Shown here piece by piece: positions 1 to 11,697 of a stretch of DNA of 64,000 nucleotides (position 1 is the stretch's first letter; every line of letters begins with the position of its first letter). Origin of the DNA: Squalus acanthias (lineage: Eukaryota); contig CM059432.1 of NCBI GenBank assembly GCA_030390025.1, forward strand, positions 120,716,001 through 120,780,000. Direction: 5' to 3'. Under the pieces are notes generated by a model that saw nothing but the letters and a program-made list of their open reading frames with translations, ran no database searches and was not told the DNA's origin. A program made the translations under genes and the position numbers.

Positions 1-319
1 CAAACCCACCTAATATTCATGACATTGAACTCAATGGAATGAAAATCAGGTAGGTTCTATAAATGATGGTTGATCTGCCCTGCCAGATTATCACCCAGAT
101 TGTGGAGATAAAGATCTACTGCATGGAAAATATGTCAAATTAAAAGAGGACATAATTGCTATAAAAAATGCATAGCCAGTGCCACTTCGAGAGCTGCTTC
201 ACCCATAGTGATTCCTTTGCACGTATATGAAGAAAAAAAAGAGAAAACACTGGGAAAATTAAACAGAATTGTGCTGGTTGTTCATTTAAGTACTTTTGGA
301 TCAAATCTTCAGCCTTAAT

Positions 320-1308
320 GGCCCGGAATTGCAGTTAGCAGTGAAGCAAAGGCGTTCGCTGCTGGCCTCGAAGAAAGCTGGCCACAGAGATCTCACGATC
401 TCGTGATCTTTGTGGCAAGAAGTTTGCCTTTTTCAACATTCCAGTGATTGCTGCGCTCTGTAATGGGGATTCCCTAGTGTGATCTGCTGTGATTTGAACA
501 AGCTGTCTAAGCAGCTAATGATGCTGCAGAATTCTCGTAGACAGGGAACCAGGAAATGAGAAGCTGCTTATTTTTGGACTTTTTAAAAATGTTACTGGGA
601 CCAAAATTAAGATTGGGGCTCTCACATGGGGAAATGGTAGAACCTGAAATATCATGAACAAACTTATATAAAAAAAAGTTTTTTAAAAAGTTTCTTAAAA
701 ATTTAAATTTTTATCATAATGGAGAAATCTGACACTCCACAAAATTAAAATTAGTTTTTCTGGGCCATCATTTTTGCTTAGCAGTCAATACGCTGTTAAA
801 ACCCCAGTTACACCTAATCCAACAAGGCTTAACATTTAATGAGGTATTTAACATTAATATTACCGTGGAAAAGCATAAGTTTTCTTCAGTATCACTGATT
901 TCACTGATTGCCGGATATGGTGGGGGTGGAGGGGGGGGCGGGCGGCGGGGGTGGGGGGGAGCGGAGGTGGGGGGAAGTCCACAGTGCAGCCAGTGTCAGT
1001 GCAGTGAATGACTGACCAAAGATGTGCGGGTTAGGTTGATTTGGCTATGATAAATTGACCCTTAGTGTTAGGGGGATTAAATACATGGGGTTACGGGGAT
1101 AGGGTGGGATATGTGTTGGTGCAGGCTCGATGGGCCGAAATGGCCTCTATCTGCACTGTGGGGATTCTGTGATTCTGTGATTCTGAACTTCAGGATTTCC
1201 ATGTTTAGATGTGCATGCGCTACATCCTGAAGTTGTGGTCAGTTTCAAAGGGGTAATAACGGCGAACGCTGTTAGTTCGCCGTTATTATCCACCGCAAAT
1301 TCCGGCCC
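320..1308. mobile_element. Non-autonomous PIF/Harbinger-type MITE, copy 1
   Basis: Termini GGCCCGGAATTGC ... GCAAATTCCGGCCC form an imperfect TIR. AAT flanks both ends (317-319, 1309-1311). Colinear with the copy at 14727-15499. No coding capacity. Confidence 0.85.
1018..1185 (+). mobile_element. 5'-truncated HE1-like SINE with CR1-type 3' tail, inserted in the MITE
   Basis: Absent from the second MITE copy, which reads GACTGACCACAACTTCAGG uninterrupted. Ends in GATGGGCCGAAATGGCCT... followed by (GATTCTGT)n, a CR1-type tail. Confidence 0.75.
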
Positions 1309-1769
1309 AATGAGATTAAGGCACAAAATGGGCAAAGCCACCAGCACATTAACTGCAGCAGACCACAGAATTATAGCTGAATGGAAAATGGCACAGTGCC
1401 TGGTCTGCCAGTTCTGTGATTTCCCTGTGCCCATGGTGTGGTCATGGCTGCAATACGGCCCTCAACGAGCTGTCCAAATTATTATCGCCACTTAGCTGGT
1501 ATTTAAGAGCTCAAAGTTAGTTATAACGGCTAAGGGGTGAGTAATATTTTTCGGCAATAGCAGCTGCTAGACAACGATGCAAAATGTGGCTCACTGTTGA
1601 ATCTCTGGAGGCACTCATAGGTTCAATAAGACAGCACAGAATGGACATTTTTGGGCTGGTCACCCACAATGATTCCTTTTCACCTATTCCAAATGGGCAC
1701 TGAAGGAAAAAAAGAGAAAACACTGGGAAAATCCTACAGAATTGTGCTGGGTGTTCACTTAAAAAGCAA

Positions 1770-1880
1770 AACAAAAGCAAAATTCCTGTGGATGCTGCAA
1801 ATCGGAAATCAAAACAGAAAATGCTGCAAAAATACTCAGCAGGTCAGGCAGCATCTGTGAAGAGAGAAACAGAGTTAACG
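1770..1880 (-). mobile_element. Penelope-like terminal repeat (pLTR) fragment
   Basis: CAGAAAATGCTG...CTCAGCAGGTCAGGCAGCATCTGTG..GAGAGAAACAGAGTTAACG is shared with 2705-2820, 14660-14726 and 29138-29532. Confidence 0.65.
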
Positions 1881-2064
1881 GTTAATGGCCTTGTGATAAT
1901 GCAACAGCACAGGCAGAAAAAGTAGCCTGGCGGTGACTGATACTGTGAATGTTTTTTTTTCGAGACCTGGAATACCTGGATTAAAGTTTGGAAAAACAAA
2001 TTCTTTAAGTTGGCAAATAGCTTCAAGGTAAGGGTATTTTTATATGCATCGAATTGCAGAAATG

Positions 2065-2539
2065 TGCCATCTGTTGACCATGCCATCTGTTGACCATGCC
2101 ACCTGTTGACCATGAGATCTGTTGACCATGTGATCTGTTGACCATGCCACCTGTTGACCATGAGATCTGTTGACCATGCCATCTGTTGACCATGCCACCT
2201 GTTGACCATGAGATCTGTTGACCATGCCACCTGTTGACCATGAGATCTGTTGACCATGCCATCTGTTGACCATGCCACCTGTTGACCATGAGATCTGTTG
2301 ACCATGCCATCTGTTGACCATGCCACCTGTTGACCATGAGATCTGTTGACCATGCCACCTGTTGACCATGAGATCTGTTGACCATGCGATCTGTTGACCA
2401 TGCCACCTGTTGACCATGAGATCTGTTGACCATGCCACCTATTGACCATGAGATCTGTTGACCATGCCATCTGTTGACCATGAGATCTGTTGACCATGCC
2501 ATCTGTTGACCATGCCACCTGTTGACCATGAGACCTGTT
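2065..2539. repeat. 16-bp minisatellite, about 30 units
   Basis: Near-invariant core CTGTTGACCATG plus a variable tetramer (CCAT, CCAC, AGAT; single TGAT, CGAT, AGAC). It explains the three repetitive minus-strand ORFs. Confidence 0.97.
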
Positions 2540-2704
2540 CACCCCAACTTGCTGGAATTACATCAGATTTACCTCCCTCCCCACTTCCCCCTCCCCACTT
2601 CCCCCTCCCCACTGACCGCCCCCCCCCCCCCCCCCCCACTCTCCACTCCTCACTGGTGACTGGAATTTTCAGCCCCAAGGAAGTGAACAAATCTCATATT
2701 AGAA

Positions 2705-2820
2705 AAAAAACCAGAAAATGCTGGAAATCCTCAGCAGGTCAGGCAGCATCCATGGAGAAAGAAACAGAAATAACGTTTCAGGTCGGAGACCTTTCATCAG
2801 AACTTAAAGAACATCTTAAC
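2705..2820 (-). mobile_element. Short Penelope-like pLTR insertion with 14-bp TSD
   Basis: Direct repeat ATCTCATATTAGAA at 2691-2704 and 2821-2834 flanks pLTR-like sequence. Confidence 0.75.
2770..2804 (-). ncRNA. Minimal type I hammerhead ribozyme motif
   Basis: Minus strand reads AGTT-CTGATGA-A-AGGTC-TCC-GACCT-GAAA-C-GTT: CUGANGA core, 5-bp stem II, GAAA, then NUH. The 3' strand of stem I is degenerate. Confidence 0.6.
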
Positions 2821-2834
2821 ATCTCATATTAGAA

Positions 2835-4100
2835 CACATAGAAGTCATGTATATCCCTAAAGTCAAAAGAAGTGGGTATGGCAAGAATAAGCCAAGGTGG
2901 TTGACTGGTCATGTACCAAGACAAATAAGACTTTAAAAAAAGTTTTCATAAATTAAAAGTAGTTGATTCCCAAGAAAACAATTACAAGTACCGTGTGTAA
3001 TTAAAGAAAACAAAAGCTGCTATTAGATCAGCTAAAATGTTAATGGAAAAGGGAATAGTGGACAATTGCACTAGCAATTACTGTGTAAGCTATATTAGGA
3101 GCCAAAGGACCATCAACGACCGCATAGGGCCATTAAAAAATTCTCTAAGACAAATTAGAAGAGATTTTTAGAGTATGGCAGAGATATTAAATGAATACTT
3201 TACATCAGTCTTTGCTCTTGAAAACACTGCTGAATGAGTAGCAACAACATGTGCTGTCAACAGTAAAATTGTTAATATTAAAATAGATGAGAATGCCGTC
3301 TTAGACAGAAAATATATCAGGCTGCCTGTTTAGATGACATTCACCCAAGGGTCCTTAAAGAAATGGGACAGGTGATACGTGAGTCCCTTGTCCATATCTT
3401 CATTAATTTGCTGGAGTCTAGGACTGATCCCTCAGACTAGAAGGATGCTAATAAAAAAGTGATAAGCAGAACCGGGTAATTATAGGCCCATTAGTTATAT
3501 TTCAGTAATAGGTTAGACGCTCAAGGGTATCATAGAAGATGACCACTTGAATAGAGAAGGTGTCAGCAGGACCACGCAACATGGCTTCAAGAAAAGTTAG
3601 TAAGTTGACCAAATTTTTTGAAGAAGTTGCTAAATTAGTGAATGAGGCATTGTCATCTGAACTTTCAGAAAGCCTTTAATAAGGCACCTCACAAGATGAT
3701 ACTCCACAAGCAGGAATCTTGTAGAATTAGTGGTAATCTGCTGCGATGGATTAAGATTTGGCTGAGCGCCCCTTGGCAGAAGGATCTGGATCTGCTTGGA
3801 CTGGACCTATTTATGGCTGGTTCGGCGATCACGTCACATAAGAAGTAGATATCCTGTAATGTAAATCAGGGTCAATGCGATCTCCTGGACTCGTTTCAAT
3901 AACCTAAAGGGATTGAAGAAGAATTTTTCCTATTTTTTTTCTCTAATTGGCTAGGGTTTTCTTGCTTCTCCCAGGAGAGTACATGACTCTGTGTGGGTAG
4001 GGAGTGTCTGTATTATAATGCATAAGGCATCCTGACTGTATTGAATAGGCTAGATGAATTAGTTGGTATTTTCCCATTTGACATTTTCGTACATTGGTAT
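2835..4100 (+). mobile_element. Old, heavily decayed CR1-type LINE (RT remnant plus 3' region)
   Basis: Residual motifs DIHPRVLKE (~3335), GNYRPIS (~3475), QHGF (~3578) and FQKAFNKAPHK (~3663), with many stops and frameshifts. Confidence 0.8.
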
Positions 4101-5556
4101 GTTCTCCTTTCCCACACTTCCTGCAGAAGCAACTTCAATCAAACTCCGAAAAGGGAAGTGTTCCATGGTATGTTCCAGCCAGATGTACTTCAATGAAGCA
4201 AAACTTCATGGCTAGCAATTTCCACAGTAATGAACAAGAAAAACACATCCCCTTTAAAGATCAGCAGCAACCCTTTAAGAGCTGCGGCTGTCCACAGTTT
4301 CTCGAGCTCCATTGGAAGCAAGCTTCCACAGGCACGCCCAAACCAGGTATGTAATTAGGCTGACCATGGCAAATTACATGAGATTGGCTGTGCACAATTT
4401 CATCAAGCAGTACTTCTGTTTCGGAGTTGGGCCCAGAAAATATACCCTATGAAGTAAATTTTGGTTAGCAATTATTCAATGGTTACTATCTAGTTTTATT
4501 ATTTTATGATTGAAAACTATTGTTGTCCTGTCCTTTGCTTTAATTAAAAGAATTTATACAGCTCAATTTAAGAAATTCAACTGAAATAGATGGAATTTTG
4601 AGGCCCTGAAGGGACCCTATGGCGAGTCTTTGAGAGATGTAAATCCTATACATTGATATAGCTCTTAATGGGTTTCAATGGAAGATTGCCTGGAGGGATG
4701 TCCCTTTAGCAAGCGCAAATGCCACATTGCATGAAAATCTGGTTAAAGCCTTTCACAAGACGGTATGTTGGTGTGGTGAATGGTTCCTCTCTCCTGACAC
4801 ATCTGATCAGGAAACTTGATATCCTGACAGCTTTTATTCACCTCAACATGGCAATGCTGTTAGGATGGTTTGAAAGTCCTGCAGAACCAGTTGTAAGACA
4901 CCAAAAGAGGGCAAAATTGCTCGATGCATTGGAGCTAGCAGATACCTTAATTGTGCACTATGTTGCATTAGTGTTAATGTAATGATCATTAACTGGTGGC
5001 CACAATCCTCAGTGTGTCAATGAGTCTAACATACAGATCAACACACAGATCCAGCTTTCATGTTTATCATTTTGCTTGTTTGGAGCTTGTTAAGAAGCAA
5101 TTCAGACACAGGCATGACTGCAATTACATCTTGTATTGTTGGTATCTGTATAAATGTTGGGGTTTAATCAGTGAAGGGAGCCAGCAGAGATATGGAGCAG
5201 AGCAGCAAGAAAGAGATAATCAATCATTTCAGCGCATATTGCAGCATGGATGTAGAACCAGGGCCGGAATTTTCTGTACCTGGGCAGGTAGGGTGCGGGC
5301 GGTCGGTGTAGCAGGTCGCGACCCCGTTGTTGCTCCCATCCCACTGCAGAAATCGACTTTGCGACGACGGGGCATATTAAGCCCACCCAGCGCATTACCC
5401 GGCCCAATTAAATGGTGCTGGTCTGATGGACATCATTCATGACGCGTTTTCAGCCGGGATATTTAAAGGAGCCATGGCCAAATTGCATTTGAAGGTTCAT
5501 CTAGGAGTGTGCAGTCACTGCATTGGAGGCTTTGATTGCTCCAAACACTTGGAGAC

Positions 5557-7446
5557 ATGACTGCACAGAGGCAGAGAGCTGCACCCAGGTTCTCCGATGA
5601 CTCCCTCCATATGCTTGTGGAGGGAGTGAGAGCACGCAGGGAGGTCCTCTTCCTTTCCTTTGGGTGGAAGAGGCATCCCCAGGAGACAAAAAGAGCCTGG
5701 ATCCAAATTGCAGAGGAGGTCAACAGCAGGGATGTGCTCAGGAGGACCTGGTTGCAGTGCCGGGAACGTTTCAATGATCTCATTAGATCAGGAAAGGTGA
5801 GTATAAAGCCACACTCAACTTCATCCTGCTGTACCTCTCATCACATCCCCATCACTCTGCCTTCCCAGCCTTACTCCTGCACATCCTTACTCACACCAAC
5901 TTACCTTGTACATCCACCCATCCCTCTCTCTCTATCTACATTATCACATCCCCATCTTACTAACCACCCCTCACACTCACCCTCATCCTAATGCAATCAT
6001 ACCAACTAACAACACACAAGGAGACCACTTGGCATTGCCACCCCACTCCATCATAGTCACCCTCTAAAGATGTAACCCATCCATTCCTTACACTCATTCC
6101 ATCACTGTAACTCAACCATCTCTTCTTTCCCTCCTTGCAGGAAAAGAGAGCCCACAATAATAGGGAGAGGGTTAGAACTGGAGGTGGGCCTCCATCATTT
6201 ACCACCCTCATAATAGCAGAGGAAGCTGCATTGGAAGTATCAGGAGTGGTCGAGCAGCTGGAGGTGGGAGACGGAGAGAGGGGGACATCTCAGCAACCTG
6301 GTGAGAGAATTACATCTCATACAGCTACATGGCATATATCAGTCACTCATATGGGGACTGATGTCATCAGCCACTGAATGGTCATCATTTGCATAATGGT
6401 ATCTGTACCCCTTCTTCATATGACATATCTAACTCATCTCTTTACTCTCCCACAGGTCCATCAAGAGCCCCCCCCCCCCGCCCGCCACCCCCCCCCCGCC
6501 ACAACTAGCCAGGAGGAAGAGTAAGACGCATCCACAGAGGATCCCCCAGCCTCTGAGGGCGCAGCGTCACCAGACATAAGTGTACCCAGCACCAGCGCAG
6601 ATACACACACCTCAGTGGGTGCCACGCGAGATAGAGTAGTGTTGTCGCTGGGTCTGTCACAAGTCACAAGTGAGCAAGAGCAGATGATGGAGACAGGGAC
6701 AACAGGAGAGACTCCTCGCCGGAGGGTGCAGGATGCTCCCAGCTCTGCTCAGCTGCATGCAGACACTGAGCCTCAGGGGACATCCAGAAAGAGGGCGATC
6801 CTGGAGGTGCAGGATAAGTGCAGGGGGCTCTGACAGGTTTTGTGACCGCGATGTCTGCAAATGTTCAGAGAATTAAAGAGTCCATCTCCAACATGAGCAC
6901 CACCACAGGCAATGGCGACTGTCAGCTCTTCGACGGATAGGATGGCCACCTGCATGGAGCCAGATGGCTGTCTATGGAGAATAGATGGCTATCTATGGAG
7001 CATAGATGGCAGAGGCTCATAGACCTCCTGTCTAAGAGGGATGTCAGCGTAGACGTGGGTCCTCATGGCCCCACTGATGTGCAGCAAGGTGCTCTCCAGC
7101 TCCTTGCTAGCAGGGACGTGCAGGTGGCCCATGAGAGGGGTAATGGTGAGAGGGAACATGGAAGTGTGGGCTCCTCTCAAAGTGCTTATACATCTTGCCC
7201 GTTGCCACCCCCTCAGTCAGAGCCCTAGATGCCTCCTCGGACAGCGATGGCCGAGTCTGCCCCTGCACAGTCGCAGGAGGAGCAGATTTTGACGGGGCCA
7301 TCACAGGCTCCAAAACACAGAGGCATCCGCCAAGAGTGTCTAAGCAGTCGCAGCATGGAAGTGAGCAGGCTGCCTCTACTTCTGCTGAAACCACAGGGGT
7401 AGCACCTCATAGAAGCACACGGAAGAGAAAGATGACACACAAGTAG
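5557..7446 (+). pseudogene. Harbinger Myb/SANT-like DNA-binding protein gene, 3 exons (5557-5796, 6141-6300, 6456-~7446)
   Basis: Exon 1 encodes RAAPRFSDDSLHMLVEGV...W.QIAEEVNS...RTWLQCRERFNDL. Splice sites AAG|GTGAGT, TTGCAG|GAA, CTG|GTGAGA and CACAG|GT keep the frame. Exon 2 encodes ERVRTGGGPP. Exon 3 has a premature TAA (~6522), frameshifts and a basic RKRK terminus. Confidence 0.88.
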
Positions 7447-7673
7447 ATTCACAAGGGTAGCCACTTTGGTGATTTATTCAATGTTAATGTCAAGTTTCCG
7501 TTAATGTAATGTCAATCATAAAAAACTTTATTTTCACCACTTTCCGGTCTTGGAAAAATTTGTGTGTACCTTTGGAAGTGGCTTAGTGAGTTGGAGAGAA
7601 TGGTGAGATGTAACGGTACCTTCTGCAATGGTGGTCAGTGTGAAAGGAATGGCTTGGTCATTGTAGGGATGCT

Positions 7674-8920
7674 TTATGGTGTTGCTGTGGGTTGGTGCCA
7701 ACCTGGCACAGCATGTGGCAGCCATTTGGGTGTACTGCGTAAAGTTAAGTAAATCTGGCCATCCCTAGCCTCCTGGGCAGCAATGTGCTTGGCTGCTGGT
7801 GGGATCTGGACCGCAGATTTGTCTATCTCCTGCTCCTCCTCCTCCGAAGAGGCAGTGCGCTCAGTGCCTTGCTCCTCATGCAGTGCTAATCCTCGCTGCT
7901 GCGCTATGTTGCGCAGGGCGCAGCAGACCACGATGATTCTGGAGACCCTGGCTGGTGCATACTGAAGGCCTCCTCCAGATCTGTCAAGGCATCTGAAGCG
8001 TATTTTGAGCATGCCTATTGTCTGCTCTATGGCACATCTGGTGGAAATGTGGCTTTCATTATATCCCTCTTGGGCCTCAGTACTTGGCCTCCTCAAGGGT
8101 GTCATGAGCCACGTCTTCAGTGGATAGCCCTTGTCTCCAAGCAGCCAGCCGGGAGGTCTGTTTCAAAGAACGAAGTGCTAAGGGAGGGTGGACTGGCGAA
8201 GGATGAAAGAGACATGGCAGCTGCCAGGGATTTTGGCACAGACATGCATGATGATCTTCCTATGGTTGCAGACCAGCTGCACATTGAGGGAGTGGAAGCC
8301 CTTGCAGTTGACAAAGAATCCTGGGTTATGATGGGGTGCCCTGATGGCCACATGTGTGCAATCGATGACACCCTGCAGCTGTGGGAAGCCAGCCAGAGTG
8401 ACAAAGTCGAGCGCCCACTCAGTAACACTGGCTTCCTCAGTGGCAAAGTTGATATAATTGGCTGACTTGTCAAAGAGGACATCGGTGACCTGTGTGATGC
8501 ATCTGTGGGCAGCCAACTGCAAGGTGCCGCAAATGTATGCTGCAGATCCCTGGAAGGAGCCTGAGGTGGAGAAGATGAGGGCGCTGGTGACTTTGACAGC
8601 CACTGGTAAGGCATGTCCACCCACTCCTCTGGGCTGAGCAATGTGCAAATGTCTGTGATGACCTAGCGCGAAAGCCTGAGACTCCTTTGACACTGCTCTT
8701 CGGTCATGTTGAGGAAGCACATCCTCTGCCTGTATACCCTGTTTTCGGGGTATTGCCACCGGCGCGCTGCAGCCCTGCACTGATGCCCTCTGTCCTGTGC
8801 AGCATCAGGTGGTTGAGGAGAAGGTTGGTGGTGTTGTTGTTGGTGCTGCTGGTGTGCCTGGTGCTGCTGGTGTTGGGACTCATTGTGGTCTGATTCTGAG
8901 GACCAAGGTGAGAGAGTATA
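7674..8920 (-). pseudogene. Harbinger (HARBI1-like) DDE transposase
   Basis: Motifs [71 protein letters not shown] and CCAL.N. Broken by stops and frameshifts. Confidence 0.93.
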
Positions 8921-9015
8921 TATTTCCTGGCAGCTTCCATGACTCTTTCAGCTTTCGCCAGTTCACCCTCCCTCAGCTCTTTGCTCCTCCAAACAGACAT
9001 TCCAGCTGGCTGCTT
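8921..9015 (+). pseudogene. Inverted Harbinger transposase fragment, part 1
   Basis: Translates as FPGSFHDSFSFRQFTLPQLFAPPNRHSSWLL and is similar to the reverse complement of ~8138-8232. Confidence 0.85.
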
Positions 9016-11552
9016 AGAGTATAAATCAAGAAATAATGGTGGCTTGTAAGAAAGCTACTGCAATAATCATGTGCAATTTTAATCTTCATGTAGATTGGAC
9101 AAATTAAATTGGCAAAGGTAGCCTTGAGGAAGAGTTCATAGAGTGTATTCAGGATGGTTTCTTCGAACAATACATTGTGAAACCAACCAGGGTGCAGGCT
9201 CTTTTAGATCTGGTAATGTGTAATGAGATGGGATTAATTAATGATATCATAGTATAGGATCCTCTAGGGAAGAGTGATCATAGCATGTTGGAATTTCAAA
9301 TTCAGTTTGAGGGTGAGAAACTTGGATCTCAAACTAGTGTCCTGAACATAAATAAAGGCAATTACAAAGGTATGAAGACAGAGTTAGCTAAAGTGGACTG
9401 GGAAAATAGATTAAAGGGTAAGACAGTAGATAAGCAGTGGCAGACATTTAAGGAGATATTTCATAACTCTCAGCAAAGATATATTCCAGTGAGAAAGAAA
9501 GACTCTAAAAGAAGAATGAACCATCCGTGGCTAACTAAGGAAGTTAAGGATGGTATCAAATTGAAAACAAAGGCATGCTATGATGCGAAGATTAGTGGTA
9601 GGCCAGAGGATTGGGAAATTTTTAGAAACCTGCAAAGATAAACTAAAAAGACAATAAAGAGAGAGAAGATAGATTATGAGAGTAAACTTGCAAGAAATAT
9701 AAAAACAGACAGTAAGAGCTTCTACAGGTATATAAAAAGGAAGCGAGTAAACATTGGTCCCTTAGAGGATGAGACTGGGGAATTAATAATGGGAAACAGG
9801 GAAATGGCAGAGACTTTGAACAAATATTTTGCATCAGTCTTCACAGTAGAAGACACTAAAAGCACCCCAATAATAATAGATAATCAAGGGGCTATATGGG
9901 AGGGGGGAACTTAAACAATCACTATCACTAGAGAAAATGTACTAAGCAAACTTATGGGACTAAAGGTGGACAAGTCCCCTGGACCTGATGGCCTGCATCC
10001 TAGGGTCTTAAAAGAAGTGGCTGCAGAGATAGTGGATGCATTGGTTGTAATCTACCAAAATTCCCTGGATTCTGGAAAGGTCCCAGTGGATTGGAAAACT
10101 GGAAATGTAACACCCCTATTAAAGAAAGGAGGGAGACAGAAAGCAGGAAACTATAGACTAGTTAGCCTAACATCTGTCATTGGGAAAATGCTGGAGTCCA
10201 TTATTAAGGAAGTAGTAGCAGGCCATTTAGAAAATCATGATACAGTCAAGCAGAGTCAGCATGGTTTTATGAAAGGGAATCATGTTTGACAAATTTGCTA
10301 GAATTCTTTGAGAATGTAACGAGCAGGATGGATAAAGGGAAACCTGTAGATGTAGTGTATTTGGATTTCCAGAAGGCATTCGATAAGGTGCCACATAAAA
10401 GGTTACTGCACAAGATAAGAGCTCATGGGGTTGGGGGTAATATATTAGCATGGATAGAGGATTGGCTAACTAACAGGAAACAGAGAGTCAGGATAAATGG
10501 GTCATTTTCAGTTGGGAAACTGTAACTAGTGGGGTGCCACAGGGATCAGTGCTGGGGCCTCAGCTGTTTACATCTATATTAATGACTTGGATGAAGGGAG
10601 TGAGTGTGATGTAGCCAAATTTGCTGATGATACAAAGGTAGGTGGGAAAGCAAGTTGTGAAGAGGACACAAAGAATCTGTAAAGGGATATAGACAGGCTA
10701 AGTGAGTGGGCAAAAATTTGGCAGATGGAGTATAATGTGGGAAAATGTGAGGTTATCCACTTTGGTAGGAAAAATAAAAAAGCAAATTATTATTTAAATG
10801 GAGAGAGACTACAAAATGCTGCAGTACAGAGGGATCTGGGGGTCCTTGTACATGAAACACAAAAAGTTAGCATGCAGGTACAGCAAGTAATTAGGAAGGC
10901 AAATGGAATGTTGGCCTTTATTGCAAGGGGGATGGAGTATAAAAGTAGGGAGTCTTGCTACAACTGTACAGGGCATTGGTGAGACCATACCTGGAGTACT
11001 GCTTACAGTTTTGGTCTCTCTATTTAAGGAGGGATATACTTGCATTGGAGGCAGTTTAGAGAAGGTTCACTAGGTTGATTCCTGAGATGAAGGGGTTGTC
11101 TTATGAAGAAAGGTTGAGCAGGTTGGGCCTATACTCATTGGAGTTTAGAAGAATGAGAGGTGATCTTATTGAAATGTATAAGATTCTGAGGGGGCTTGAC
11201 AGGGTAGATTCAGAGAGGATGTTTCCCCTCGTGGGGGAATCTAGAACTAGGGGTAATAGTTTCAGAATAAGGGGTCGCCCATTTAAAACGGAGATGAGGA
11301 GGAATTTCTTCTCTCAGAGGGTCGTAAATCTTTGGAATTCTCTACCCCAGAGAGCTGTGGAGGCTGGGTTGTTGAATATATTTAAGGAGGAGATAGACAG
11401 ATTTTTGAATGATAAGGGAGTCAAGGCTTATGGGAACAGGCAGGAAAGTGGAGTTGAGGCCAAGACCAGATTAGCCATGATCTTATTGAATAGTGGAGCC
11501 CGCTCGAGGGGCCAAATGGCTTACTCCTGCTCCTATTTCTTATGTTCTTATG
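9016..11552 (+). mobile_element. 5'-truncated CR1 LINE (ORF2 EN C-terminus, RT, 3' UTR)
   Basis: Motifs KSPGPDGLHPRVLKE, QHGF, YLDFQKAFDKVPH, GVPQGSVLGP, FADDT and RRNFFSQRVVNLWNSLP. Tail TTCTTATGTTCTTATG. Multiple stops and frameshifts. Confidence 0.96.
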
Positions 11553-11697
11553 AGACAAGGGCTATCCACTGAAGATGTGGCTCATGACACCCTTGAGGAG
11601 ACCAAGTACTCAGGCCCAGGAGAGTTAGAATGAAAGCCACATTTCCACCAGATGTGTCATAGAGCAGAGAATAGGCATGCTCAAAATGTGCTTCACC
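11553..11697 (+). pseudogene. Inverted Harbinger transposase fragment, part 2
   Basis: Translates as [46 protein letters not shown] and directly continues 8921-9015 once the CR1 is removed. Confidence 0.88.

Noticed and set aside
1844..2542. Three long repetitive minus-strand ORFs (up to 232 aa) and a CRISPR-like look
   Set aside because: They are by-products of a stop-free 16-bp minisatellite. There are no unique spacers or cas genes, and the context is eukaryotic.
5557..7446. Host MSANTD/NAIF1-type gene
   Set aside because: It is inside the transposon and has a premature stop in exon 3.
7674..8920. Domesticated host gene HARBI1
   Set aside because: The sequence lies within TIRs beside a Myb partner and has stops and frameshifts, so it is a transposon copy.
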